Source: an uncultured Pseudomonadales bacterium (lineage in GTDB: Bacteria > Patescibacteriota > Microgenomatia > UBA1400 > PJMF01). Taken from it: 64,000 nucleotides of DNA. Below are positions 25,321-34,466 of this stretch, in pieces. The position numbers were made by a program, and so were the translations under genes. Numbering within the stretch: position 1 is the stretch's first letter; each line of letters begins with the position of its first letter. The stretch is from contig CAYOQI010000003.1 in the NCBI GenBank assembly GCA_964406075.1, positions 12,718-76,717 of the forward strand. Reading direction: 5' to 3'. Below the pieces are notes generated by a model that worked only from the letters and a program-made list of their open reading frames with translations, had not been told where the DNA came from and made no database searches.

Positions 25321-26406
25321 ATGAAAAGAGTTTTTCAGGTTTTCGTCATTGCTCTGTCTTTTTTCGCTCTGCAGCTAGAGGTAGTGTATGCTCAAGATGC
25401 AGCTGAAGAGCTGGATATCTCAGACACAGAAGTAGAAGCGACCCCATTTCCTCCTCCCAATTCGGCAATTAACTTAACAGTTTCACCTGTCACACTTTTT
25501 ATTGAGTCAGATCCTGGTCAAACAGTAGATTCCAATATTCGAATTCGTAACAACGGAAGTGAAACAGAACACCTGCTCATCACATTAGGAAAATTCATTG
25601 CTGATGAAAATGGTGACAAACCAAAGTTATTAGAACCTGATCCAAATGATCCATCTTTATCTTGGGTAAATTTTGATAAAACTACATTTTCAATTTCACC
25701 TGGCGAATGGGAGACAATCGCATTCGATTTTACTGCACCAGATGATGCTGCTTTTTCCTACTACTACACGATTATCGTTTCTCGACAAGCAGATCCCGTT
25801 ACAGAAGGGGGAGAAGCACAAGTCAAGGGTTCTCCTGCTATTTTATTATTAACGACAGTGAATTCTCCGTATGCAAAAAGAGAATTGAGTGTTGAAAGTT
25901 TTCTAGCGAAGTTTCCAATTCAAGAATTTTTACCTCAAGAGTTCGAAATTAATATTCAAAATAAGGGTAATGTTCACGTTGTGCCAGAAGGAAATGTATT
26001 TATTGATGGACAAGGAAAAAATGATCTCGCCATCTTATCAATCAATGCAGAACGTCGAGCTATTTTACCTAATTCAGCCAGGACATTTACAGTGAAGTGG
26101 GACGATGGTTTTCCAAGACGGGTTGATACTTCAGACGCAAATCAAGAGAAATCAAACACATTGAAATTTTGGGGCGTGGAATGGGATTTTTCGAAAGCAC
26201 ATACTTTTCGATTTGGGAGATACACGGCACATCTCTTAATGGTGTACGATAATGGTGAACGTGACGTTCCGATTGAATCATTTGTATCATTTTGGGTCAT
26301 TCCATGGAAAATCTTACTCCTACTGCTTTTCGTATTATTACTGGTCATCGTTGGGGTCAGATCCACGGTGATGAGTGTTGTTCGAATGTTCAAAAAATCA
26401 AAATAA
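25321..26406 (+). CDS. Signal peptide + two Ig-like domains + C-terminal TM anchor; DUF916/DUF3324-like (WxL-locus partner) paralog 1
   Basis: NLTVSPVTLFIESDPGQTVDSNIRIRNNGSE... resembles the DUF916 opening. ...EFEINIQNKGNVHVVPEGNVFIDG...AILPNSARTFTVKW resembles DUF3324. The C-terminal anchor is WKILLLLLFVLLLVIVGV followed by a basic tail. Confidence 0.6.
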   Translation: MKRVFQVFVIALSFFALQLEVVYAQDAAEELDISDTEVEATPFPPPNSAINLTVSPVTLFIESDPGQTVDSNIRIRNNGSETEHLLITLGKFIADENGDKPKLLEPDPNDPSLSWVNFDKTTFSISPGEWETIAFDFTAPDDAAFSYYYTIIVSRQADPVTEGGEAQVKGSPAILLLTTVNSPYAKRELSVESFLAKFPIQEFLPQEFEINIQNKGNVHVVPEGNVFIDGQGKNDLAILSINAERRAILPNSARTFTVKWDDGFPRRVDTSDANQEKSNTLKFWGVEWDFSKAHTFRFGRYTAHLLMVYDNGERDVPIESFVSFWVIPWKILLLLLFVLLLVIVGVRSTVMSVVRMFKKSK

Positions 26407-27335
26407 ATACGATCGTTTTTCACTTTTTCTTTTCCTTTATAGCAATTACTTATTTCTTATTTCCTTCACGTGTCCAAGCCGAATCGATACAACTCGAACC
26501 TTCTTTTCAAGAGATCACACTTGGTGACCAACAATCGGTGACTGCTTCAATCCAAATTCATAATGTCGGTGACATTGTTCAAACATTTGAAATATTTGCT
26601 TTAGATATTCGACAACAAGATGAGCAGGGTCAAATTGCTTTTGTTGATAAACCTTTGTCAGGAACAGCGTTTACTTTAGCCAGTTTTGTTCAAATTGATG
26701 AAAATCTCGTCACTCTAGCTCCCCAGGAGCAAAAAGAAATATTTTTCCAAATTCGTAATTCTGTGGATTTGTCTCCAGGAGGTCATTACGGAGCAGTGAT
26801 AGCACGTATTCAAAACCAAACAGAAACACCTTCAGAGCAGAAAATATTACCAGCGTTGTCTTCGCTTTTACTCATACATAAAGAAGGTGGAGAGCAGTAT
26901 CAATTATCACTCGCTCCGCTAGATCTGAGTAAAAATACACTCAGCTTGAGTCTGCCATCAGAGCTTCGATTGTTATTTTCAAATCAAGGTAATAGTCATG
27001 TTGTTCCTCGGGGAGTTATCAGTGTTACCGATATGTTTGGTCGACTGGTGTACAAAGGAATCATTAATGAATCCTCATTATTTGTTCTCCCTCAAAGTAA
27101 ACGTGAAGTGAAAGTGAAAATTCAGCCTGTCGCATATACCTTTCCACTTTCATTTTTATCTATCAAAGTTGAAGGTTCGAGTGATCCGGGACAAAGTCAT
27201 TACTATCAAAGTTTTTCATTAATCTTGATCAAACCAAAAATCTTTATGATTCTGCTTTTGCTTTTGGTATTATTGTTATATGGAGCAAAACGCATTCGAA
27301 AATCCCGAGAAAAAAGTTTCAAAAAACTTCTTTAG
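26304..27335 (+). CDS. Signal peptide + two Ig-like domains + C-terminal TM anchor; DUF916/DUF3324-like paralog 2
   Basis: IQLEPSFQEITLGDQQSVTASIQIHNVGD..., ...LLFSNQGNSHVVPRGVISVTD...FVLPQSKREVKVKI, and the C-terminal anchor IFMILLLLLVLLLYGAKRIRK. The only canonical starts (TTG 26292, ATG 26304) overlap the upstream gene by more than 100 nt. Confidence 0.6.
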   Translation: MENLTPTAFRIITGHRWGQIHGDECCSNVQKIKINTIVFHFFFSFIAITYFLFPSRVQAESIQLEPSFQEITLGDQQSVTASIQIHNVGDIVQTFEIFALDIRQQDEQGQIAFVDKPLSGTAFTLASFVQIDENLVTLAPQEQKEIFFQIRNSVDLSPGGHYGAVIARIQNQTETPSEQKILPALSSLLLIHKEGGEQYQLSLAPLDLSKNTLSLSLPSELRLLFSNQGNSHVVPRGVISVTDMFGRLVYKGIINESSLFVLPQSKREVKVKIQPVAYTFPLSFLSIKVEGSSDPGQSHYYQSFSLILIKPKIFMILLLLLVLLLYGAKRIRKSREKSFKKLL

Positions 27336-27954
27336 TAAAAAGAAATTATTCTTTCTGATTAGTTTTATTGCTGTAGTTGTTGTAGCTATTTGGTATGGAA
27401 AAAATTCAGCCAAAGGGGTGGTGAAAGTCGGTTCGCTGTCTGATCGAGGAAAAGAATTTTTATCTCAACAAGCTCAACAAGGGGATACAATTTGGAATCA
27501 AGTTGATTTTTCAGAATCTTCACCGTCAACAACTGCGAGCAACAACACCAAACAAGTGACACCTTGTTTTACCGTGTATGTTCCTTTTGAAGTAACAAAA
27601 GTTCAAAATCTCGAAAATGATCAAGGATTTCTTTGTCGGTTAGAAATGCAGGTACAGTCTCCTCGTTCAAACTTGGTCATAACGGCAAAAGTTTTTAACT
27701 CAGTTGGTGGTGAGGATCCAGGTATTACGCTGAGAAAAAATAATCCAAATGATTTTCAAAAGATAGAGTTACCATTAAAAACAAAAAAGCAGTATCAGGC
27801 ATTTTTAAGTGAAGACAGTCTGAGTGTTTTTTTTCAAGATGAAAGTTTGACCATCACGGTTGCATTTTCTCAAGTGTTGCAACTCGATTTATTAGATCTC
27901 GACAGGGTGGCAGAATTGATTGATAGTATTGTCATTACTGATAAAAACCCATGA
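27280..27954 (+). CDS. Small N-terminally anchored protein of the surface operon, function unknown
   Basis: 224 aa with a TM helix (LFFLISFIAVVVVAIWY). It overlaps the upstream gene by 56 nt and the downstream gene by 4 nt (ATGA). Confidence 0.55.
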   Translation: MEQNAFENPEKKVSKNFFSKKKLFFLISFIAVVVVAIWYGKNSAKGVVKVGSLSDRGKEFLSQQAQQGDTIWNQVDFSESSPSTTASNNTKQVTPCFTVYVPFEVTKVQNLENDQGFLCRLEMQVQSPRSNLVITAKVFNSVGGEDPGITLRKNNPNDFQKIELPLKTKKQYQAFLSEDSLSVFFQDESLTITVAFSQVLQLDLLDLDRVAELIDSIVITDKNP

Positions 27955-29006
27955 ATTTTTTCAAACGAACTTCGTCACTATTTTCTTTTAGTTTTTTTGT
28001 TTTAGTGCTGCCCTTTAGTACTAACTACGAAATGCGAGATTTTGGATTTGGTGCGGGAGGCAGTGGTGTTTCAGATTCGTCCAACTACTCAGCCATTGGT
28101 ATTTTAGGTGAAACATCAGGACAGGAAAGTGAAGGTACCGATTACAATTTAGGGCCAGGTCTAATTTTCACCCAGCAAGCAAATGTCCCAGGTGCACCCA
28201 CGTTTAATAATACAGGTAGCTGGTACAACAAGTTATTTTTTGATATTGATACGGGGAACAATCCAAGTGATGCGCAGTTTGCGATCGCCATTAGTACTGA
28301 TGACTTCACCACCACCAACTACATTCAGGCAGACAATACAATTGGAGCGACAGCTGTCTATCAAACTGAAGCGACTTGGGGAGCGAGTGGTGCGTTTGTG
28401 ATTGGATTAACATCTAGCACAACATACAAAATCAAAGTCAAAGCCATTCACACGAAATACACAGAAACTGGTTTTAGTGCAGAGTCATCTGCAACTACTT
28501 CTGGAGCAACACTAACGTATGACATTGATGTGAGCAGTAGCGACTCAGAAACTGGCGCGCCATATGCTTTATCACTTGGTACGATCTCAACCAGTGGAGT
28601 AACGACGGCCAGCGATAAGATCTGGATTGATTTAAGTACCAATGCTGAAGCAGGTGGATTTGTGTACGTGTACAACTCAGGAACAGGTTTAACGAGCAGT
28701 AACGTCGGATACACAATTACTTCATCATCAACGAATCTCTCTTCCGCCAGTGAAGGTTTTGGAATCCGAGTTGATACCACCACTGAATCGGCGGGAGGGC
28801 CTTTAATCGCTGAAAGTCCGTACGATAGTTCTGGAGATACTGTTGGTGTAGTGGATACGACTACTCGGACAGTGTTTTCGTCCAGTGCCGCTCCAATTAC
28901 TTCTGGTCGTGGTTCTATTTTGGTCAAAGCCAGAGCTTCAAATATTACCCCTGCTGCGGGAGATTACACTGGAATACTCACCATGATTGCCAGTGCAACT
29001 TTTTAA
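27951..29006 (+). CDS. Secreted surface protein: SxNY-motif N-terminus, FN3-like domain, WxL-like C-terminal module (family member B)
   Basis: It has a signal peptide and SNYSAIGILGE...GTDYNLGPG motifs. The FN3-like stretch runs PGAPTF...TYKIKVKAIHT...GFS. The C-terminal module reads TLTYDIDVSS...LSLGTISTSG...AEAGGFVYVYNS...SSASEGFGIRVD...AGDYTGILTMIASATF-stop. Confidence 0.6.
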   Translation: MNFFKRTSSLFSFSFFVLVLPFSTNYEMRDFGFGAGGSGVSDSSNYSAIGILGETSGQESEGTDYNLGPGLIFTQQANVPGAPTFNNTGSWYNKLFFDIDTGNNPSDAQFAIAISTDDFTTTNYIQADNTIGATAVYQTEATWGASGAFVIGLTSSTTYKIKVKAIHTKYTETGFSAESSATTSGATLTYDIDVSSSDSETGAPYALSLGTISTSGVTTASDKIWIDLSTNAEAGGFVYVYNSGTGLTSSNVGYTITSSSTNLSSASEGFGIRVDTTTESAGGPLIAESPYDSSGDTVGVVDTTTRTVFSSSAAPITSGRGSILVKARASNITPAAGDYTGILTMIASATF

Positions 29007-29009
29007 AGT

Positions 29010-31034
29010 TCACTCATGTTTTGAAAGCAAGATTTTTCTTTTTTTATATGTTGCCCACAACAATGTCAGAATGAGGATGAAGACTGAAAAAACTGGTGAT
29101 GGCAGTGATTGTGAGAGCAAAATTCCACTGATCAAAAAGAGAACAGAAAAAACTAAGTAGAGAGAAATACCTACATTTGCGAGCTGAGAAAAAATCTGCC
29201 ACTGTTCCTGATTCCTAGATGTTTGTGGAATTCGAAATGATCTCAAGTAGAGTGCAATCGTTAAGATCACTGAAAGAATTGACGTACTGATCATCACGTT
29301 CATAAAACGTGTGGAATCTGCAAATTTGTTGAGCGTTAAGAAATATTCTCTGGAAAACAACTTGATAGATCCTTGATATTCGTTCAAAAGTGACAACACA
29401 TATGGTGAAGTTCGCGTTAAAGAAACAGTGGGTAGTATGTTATCGGAATTATCAATTGAAACAGTAAACTCGACCTCTTTTTTTTCATATCCTTCAGCAA
29501 GTATTTCCGCTTTATATTTATCTGGATAGAGACTAAAGAGAGCAATGCCTTGGGTATCCGTCATAACTGGGTTCATTAAAATAGATTGGGTTGAGACCAG
29601 CTCGTAGAGTTGGTTATTCGCATTGAATCGATAGAGGTAGATTTGAGCGTCTTCAATCGGTTGTTGATCGTACTCATTGATCACGGTAAACGGTTGCGTA
29701 ATAGTAATTTCAGCAATCTTTTGTTGGAAATACTCACCACTAAAGGTAGAGGCAGTCAAGACAATGTCAAATTTTCCGAGTGTGTTTGGAAGTTTGAGTT
29801 TGCCGGTATACAGCGAATCAGACACGTTTTGTAAGTTCATGGACGAACTATGAAAATCTTCGAAGGCATAGGTTCGTAAACCCAGCACTTGATTGTCTTG
29901 CAAATTCAATTCGAGCCGTTTGGCATCAATTTTTTTTGGAAAGTTTATTTCAAAATCTAAAATATCATTTTGAGTTGCAACAATTTCATGAGTTTCATTT
30001 CCAGAAGTTAAAGAAGAATAAATCACTCCACCGAAACTGCGAGCAGTTACAAAGTTCGGCGTAAATGAATCCTGACTAAAAACCTCTTCACCTTTTTTAG
30101 CCGTTTGAAAAAAATAAATATCTGATCCCTGTTGAATGGCATTGTTCGGATCAATGATAATTATTTGAAAATAGTACGGAGAATTTTCAGTTAAATTTTC
30201 TAAACGAAACTGTGTAATTTTGCTTGATGAGCTTGAAGTCATGATGGTGGATAAATTATCAATTGATGAGCCATATCGAAGTTGCAACGTCGTTGGTTGA
30301 GACGTGATGACTTGAACAACTGCCGAGTTTGTCAAAATTTCTGGAATGGAAACAGATTCAATGATGACCGGTACATTTGGTGACGATGTCGGAGTTGGAG
30401 TTGACGTCGCAGACGGTGAGTCAGTGGCTGAAGTAGTAGTAGAACTGGATGTTGGAGCAGGAGTTGGAGTTGGTGTCGGTGAAGCTGGCGTAACGTATTG
30501 GTACTCGTGGGTGACAGTAGATTCGGGTACTCCGGTCGGATCTATAACTCTGGCAGTAAGTGGAAATGTGACAGTCAGATCACCTGTGTAGGTATCTTGC
30601 GTTCTCACTTCAAAACTGACCGTGGAGGTAGAGTTTGCAAAACCAGTGAAGTGCCAACGAATTGTATTGTTATTTAAATCAACTACTGGAGTTGCTCCAC
30701 CCATGCCTGTGGTAGCGGAATTTAATACGTACTCCACTACGTCCACGGTAGGAGTTAATTCGCCATCAATCGTCCCGTCTTCCCATTCAACTTCGAGGAT
30801 AACATCGAGTGGAACATTGCTACTCGACGTCAACGCAATATCATGTCGGATAGTAATGTCTTGAGCAAATGGACCAGTCGTTGTACTACTTAAATCGACA
30901 CTCAATACATCAGCTGATGGTGGAACAGTCCCACTGACTTGAATACTTCCGGTGTCGTCATACTGTGCAAAAGCTCTCTGAGAAAAATTCACGAGGAGAA
31001 AAATGAGAATAAAAAAAGAACACAATTTTTTCAT
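29010..31034 (-). CDS. Large surface protein with PT-rich linker, FN3-like and carboxypeptidase-regulatory-like domains and a C-terminal polytopic membrane region
   Basis: It has a signal peptide and the linker PTPTPTPAPTSSSTTTSATDSPSATSTPTPTSSP. LQLRYGSS...SPYYFQII looks FN3-like. IEDAQIYLYRF...TDTQGIALFSLYPDKYKAEILAEGYEKKEVEF looks CarboxypepD_reg-like. About 4 TM helices lie at the C-terminus. Confidence 0.6.
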   Translation of the reverse strand: MKKLCSFFILIFLLVNFSQRAFAQYDDTGSIQVSGTVPPSADVLSVDLSSTTTGPFAQDITIRHDIALTSSSNVPLDVILEVEWEDGTIDGELTPTVDVVEYVLNSATTGMGGATPVVDLNNNTIRWHFTGFANSTSTVSFEVRTQDTYTGDLTVTFPLTARVIDPTGVPESTVTHEYQYVTPASPTPTPTPAPTSSSTTTSATDSPSATSTPTPTSSPNVPVIIESVSIPEILTNSAVVQVITSQPTTLQLRYGSSIDNLSTIMTSSSSSKITQFRLENLTENSPYYFQIIIIDPNNAIQQGSDIYFFQTAKKGEEVFSQDSFTPNFVTARSFGGVIYSSLTSGNETHEIVATQNDILDFEINFPKKIDAKRLELNLQDNQVLGLRTYAFEDFHSSSMNLQNVSDSLYTGKLKLPNTLGKFDIVLTASTFSGEYFQQKIAEITITQPFTVINEYDQQPIEDAQIYLYRFNANNQLYELVSTQSILMNPVMTDTQGIALFSLYPDKYKAEILAEGYEKKEVEFTVSIDNSDNILPTVSLTRTSPYVLSLLNEYQGSIKLFSREYFLTLNKFADSTRFMNVMISTSILSVILTIALYLRSFRIPQTSRNQEQWQIFSQLANVGISLYLVFSVLFLISGILLSQSLPSPVFSVFILILTLLWATYKKRKILLSKHE

Positions 31035-31309
31035 TGTTGATATTCATAATAGCATTTTTAGAGATTGAAAAAAAAGAAAAAGACTTGAGTAATTTTGGTG
31101 TGATATTTGAGTAGTTTATTCGTCCAAAAGTTGCTACAGTTAGACTTGCTCATAAAATAAGAAATTGGAATTGAAAAAAAATATTTGAGCATTTTTCGAA
31201 CTTCTTTTCGACGACAAGTAGCAGAGTTACTTTAGGAGAAAAAAGTAAAGAAAAAACTCAAAGAGTGTCTTTCAAAACAATTTGATTTATTTTGTGAGTA
31301 AGTCTCATT

Positions 31310-33526
31310 ATGACGTGTGGTTCTTTTGTTCGCGTCACTGCTTTCCTCATCATGCTTGGGGTGATATTTTTATTGTCACCAGCCGAGCGTGTTTTGGCGG
31401 CAACTGGCATCCTTCAGCAAATAAATTTTCAAGGAAAAGTTGTAAATAAAACCGTAGGAACAAATGTGACTGATGATGACTACAGTTTTACCTTCACGAT
31501 TTACGATGCAGCGGCGGCGGGAACAACACTGTGGACGGAAACAAAAACGATCACCGTCACCAATGGAATCTTTCAAACATTGTTAGGAAGTGTTTCAGCC
31601 CTTCCTGATGATATTGATTTCAATACCGACAATTTATATTTAGGAATTGAGTTTGATGGAGATGGTGAAATGAGTCCGCGTGTCAGATTGGCAGCTGTTC
31701 CATATGCATTTAATGCACTCAAAGTCGCTGGTTTGACGGTCACGAATACAACCGGAACTCTCACTATTCCCAATAGTACCACTGTCCAATTTGCGGCTGC
31801 ATTTACAACTTCTGGCGCTAACGCGTTGACATTAACCACGACAGGAGTGACCAACATTACTTTACCCACAACAGGAACAGTTGCAACTTTAGCTGGTTCA
31901 GAAATCTTGACCAATAAAACGATTGGTAATACCGGATTATCTTTTGAAAATTCAGAATCGATCAGTAATGGCACCAATGGAACACTCACATTTGGACGAA
32001 ATGATGCCGGGATAGTTACCCTTACTTCAGCAGACAATGACAGCACGGCGGCATTGACGATTCTTCCTGGAGGTGCCGCCGCTTTGGTGTTAGGAGGTGG
32101 TTCAACAACGACAATTACTTTAACCACTGATGGAACAGGAGATGGGGAAGTGGTCTTACCGGCAGATTCAATTGGACCTACTGAGTTAAATGATAATGGG
32201 ACAACTTTAGATGCAGGAGAAGATGAAATGTGTTTGACCTATGAAGATTCTGGGGCAATATTTGTGTGGCAAACCTGTAGCTCAGGAAGTGGAACCTGGG
32301 ACACTATTGGTGATGCAGGTGGAAATGGGGCAATTGCTTTTGGTTCGACGATTCAAACATTGGATTGGGGTGTGATGGATGCCAATGGTTCTTTTCTCAC
32401 CTATAACTTCACTAATGCCGGTACCTCAGCTGGGACGGACAATGGTGTTGTCATCAACAATGCGGTGACAGGAAGTAACACTGATACCACAACTGAAACT
32501 CTCCTGCTTTTGCAACAGTTGGATACAACAGCTGCAGGAACAACCGTAGTGGATAATGCACTCAAAATTGATGTCGCAGCTAATGGAGGAATTACTGATG
32601 GAATTGAAATTACAAACTCAGCTGGAAACTTGACGAATGGAATTAATATCGTCGATACAGCAGGTGGGACTATTGGTACAGGTATACTCCTGTCGGGAAC
32701 ATTTTCTACTGCAGGAATAAATACTGGCAATGCCACAATAGTCAATATTGGCGCGGCTGGAACTGATTTTTCTGCCACCGGAGGGTTAACTTTAGCTGAT
32801 GCTTTAGGTGTGACCTCAGGTGGTATTACCGTTACTTCAGGAGGTGCCACAATTAGCTCAGGAGCTTTGGCAGTTAACTCGGACTCAATAACTTCAGATG
32901 CAGCATTGACCATAGATGCCAATGATTCTGTAGTTTTAGGTGGAAGTGGAAATACCTTTACGTTTGATGAATCTTCAGGTCCGGCTTACGCTGGCACTGC
33001 TCGTCCGGCAAAAACGATTCGACTTTCTCCCGAGTATTCAGGTGCGGTACTCACTGCATATTATGGATCAGGGACCGATACGAATATCACTGGTACCATG
33101 ACTTCGGATGTTGATACGACTCAAGGAACCAGTATTCGGAATTATTACCAATGGAATAGACCAAGCGCCACCGAGCATTTTTATACGGTAGCGGTACGAG
33201 TAACACTTCCTGCTGATTTTTCAGCATGGGCGACAAGTAACGCTATTCAGATCAGTCATATCTCAGAAAGTGCGACGTCAACAAACAGTGAAATTGATGT
33301 CTATATTTATAACGAAAATAGTGCCACGTTAGTAACTTCTGATGTCGACAATGCCTCAACGTCCTGGACGACAGTCGATATTGACGACAGTGTCTTAGAT
33401 GATGGTGCTGGAAGCGAGTGGGATGCCGCTGGCGAGACGTCTGTCATTTATCTCAGACTGGGTTCACAAAGTGATAATTATTCTAGAGTTGGCGATATCG
33501 TACTCAATTATCTGGCCGCGTTTTAA
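31310..33526 (+). CDS. Secreted Thr/Gly/Ala-rich fibre-like protein (tail-fibre-like N-terminal module, probable beta-helix)
   Basis: It has a signal peptide. The N-terminal module reads INFQGKVVN...YSFTFTIYDAAAAGTTLWTE...VTNGIFQTLLG...LYLGIEF...PRVRLAAVPYAFNA. About 450 aa of T/G/A/N-rich degenerate repeats follow. Confidence 0.55.
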   Translation: MTCGSFVRVTAFLIMLGVIFLLSPAERVLAATGILQQINFQGKVVNKTVGTNVTDDDYSFTFTIYDAAAAGTTLWTETKTITVTNGIFQTLLGSVSALPDDIDFNTDNLYLGIEFDGDGEMSPRVRLAAVPYAFNALKVAGLTVTNTTGTLTIPNSTTVQFAAAFTTSGANALTLTTTGVTNITLPTTGTVATLAGSEILTNKTIGNTGLSFENSESISNGTNGTLTFGRNDAGIVTLTSADNDSTAALTILPGGAAALVLGGGSTTTITLTTDGTGDGEVVLPADSIGPTELNDNGTTLDAGEDEMCLTYEDSGAIFVWQTCSSGSGTWDTIGDAGGNGAIAFGSTIQTLDWGVMDANGSFLTYNFTNAGTSAGTDNGVVINNAVTGSNTDTTTETLLLLQQLDTTAAGTTVVDNALKIDVAANGGITDGIEITNSAGNLTNGINIVDTAGGTIGTGILLSGTFSTAGINTGNATIVNIGAAGTDFSATGGLTLADALGVTSGGITVTSGGATISSGALAVNSDSITSDAALTIDANDSVVLGGSGNTFTFDESSGPAYAGTARPAKTIRLSPEYSGAVLTAYYGSGTDTNITGTMTSDVDTTQGTSIRNYYQWNRPSATEHFYTVAVRVTLPADFSAWATSNAIQISHISESATSTNSEIDVYIYNENSATLVTSDVDNASTSWTTVDIDDSVLDDGAGSEWDAAGETSVIYLRLGSQSDNYSRVGDIVLNYLAAF

Positions 33527-33527
33527 T

Positions 33528-34466
33528 ATGAACATGAATACCTACAGAATTATTATTGGCGTGCTTGTGATATCAAACATGATCACGGGTGTTTTGTATT
33601 ACTCTCATGTCAAGGAATCACGTCACATAGAAGAAAACTATGTCAATCCATATCCTTTAGTCGATGTGTCGAGAAACTTTATTCCTCAAGAAGACTTTAT
33701 TGTGAATCTCCAGCCACTTCGAGATCAGTTACGACCAATTTATGCAGAGTATGGCGAAGACAAGATTTCACTCTACATTGAATTTCTGAATACCGGTGGG
33801 AACATTTCATATAATGAAATTGCCAGATATTACCCTGCTTCTTTAATCAAGTCTCCTGTTGCAATTGCCGCAGTGAAGAAAATAGAAAGAGGTGAGTGGA
33901 ACTGGGATAGTGAATTAGTGCTATTTGCCGGAGATATTCAGGAGCAATACGGAACTTTATATCGTGAACCAATAGGAACACGATTTACCATCGAAAAATT
34001 ATTAGAAGAAATGCTGGTCAATTCAGATAATACCGCCTATTTTATTTTGTTAAGAAACTTGGGAGCTGGGGCTTTGAATGATTACTTGACTGAAGTAGGG
34101 ATGACTGATTTGTTTGATGGGAATTCAAACATTACCGCAAAAGAATATACACGCCTTTTTCGAGCTCTCTATACATCCAGCTATCTTGAGAGAGAAAATT
34201 CTCAGAAGATTTTGGAGTTTCTTTCTCGAGCTGGGAACAATCAATTTTTGGATAAAGCACTTCCAGAAGACGTTATCTTTGCCCACAAAATTGGTGAAAA
34301 CGACAGCCAAATTATTTATGCTGATTCAGGGATTGTGTATCTTCCTAATCGACCGTACATCATCACTGTTTTATTTAAAGGTGACGGGAATGATAGAAAA
34401 GAAAACATAGAAGAATTCTTTGAAAAAGTAAGTGCTACGACTTATGAATATTTTAAGAATCAATAA
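33528..34466 (+). CDS. Class A beta-lactamase-like serine hydrolase, membrane anchored
   Basis: It has an N-terminal TM helix and the motifs SxxK (ASLIK), SDN (VNSDNTA) and KxG (HKIGEN). The ATG at 33528 lies 1 nt after the upstream stop; the track start at 33399 overlaps the upstream gene. Confidence 0.7.
   Translation: MNMNTYRIIIGVLVISNMITGVLYYSHVKESRHIEENYVNPYPLVDVSRNFIPQEDFIVNLQPLRDQLRPIYAEYGEDKISLYIEFLNTGGNISYNEIARYYPASLIKSPVAIAAVKKIERGEWNWDSELVLFAGDIQEQYGTLYREPIGTRFTIEKLLEEMLVNSDNTAYFILLRNLGAGALNDYLTEVGMTDLFDGNSNITAKEYTRLFRALYTSSYLERENSQKILEFLSRAGNNQFLDKALPEDVIFAHKIGENDSQIIYADSGIVYLPNRPYIITVLFKGDGNDRKENIEEFFEKVSATTYEYFKNQ

Noticed and set aside
28448-28927. 159-aa minus-strand ORF inside the 27951-29006 gene. 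Similar shadow ORFs occur at 31573-32127, 32401-32922, 36702-37142 and 37179-37658.
   Set aside because: All lie antisense within Thr/Gly/Ala-rich genes. That codon bias (ACN/GCN/GGN) suppresses stops on the opposite strand. The sense-strand proteins have signal peptides and recognisable domain organisation.
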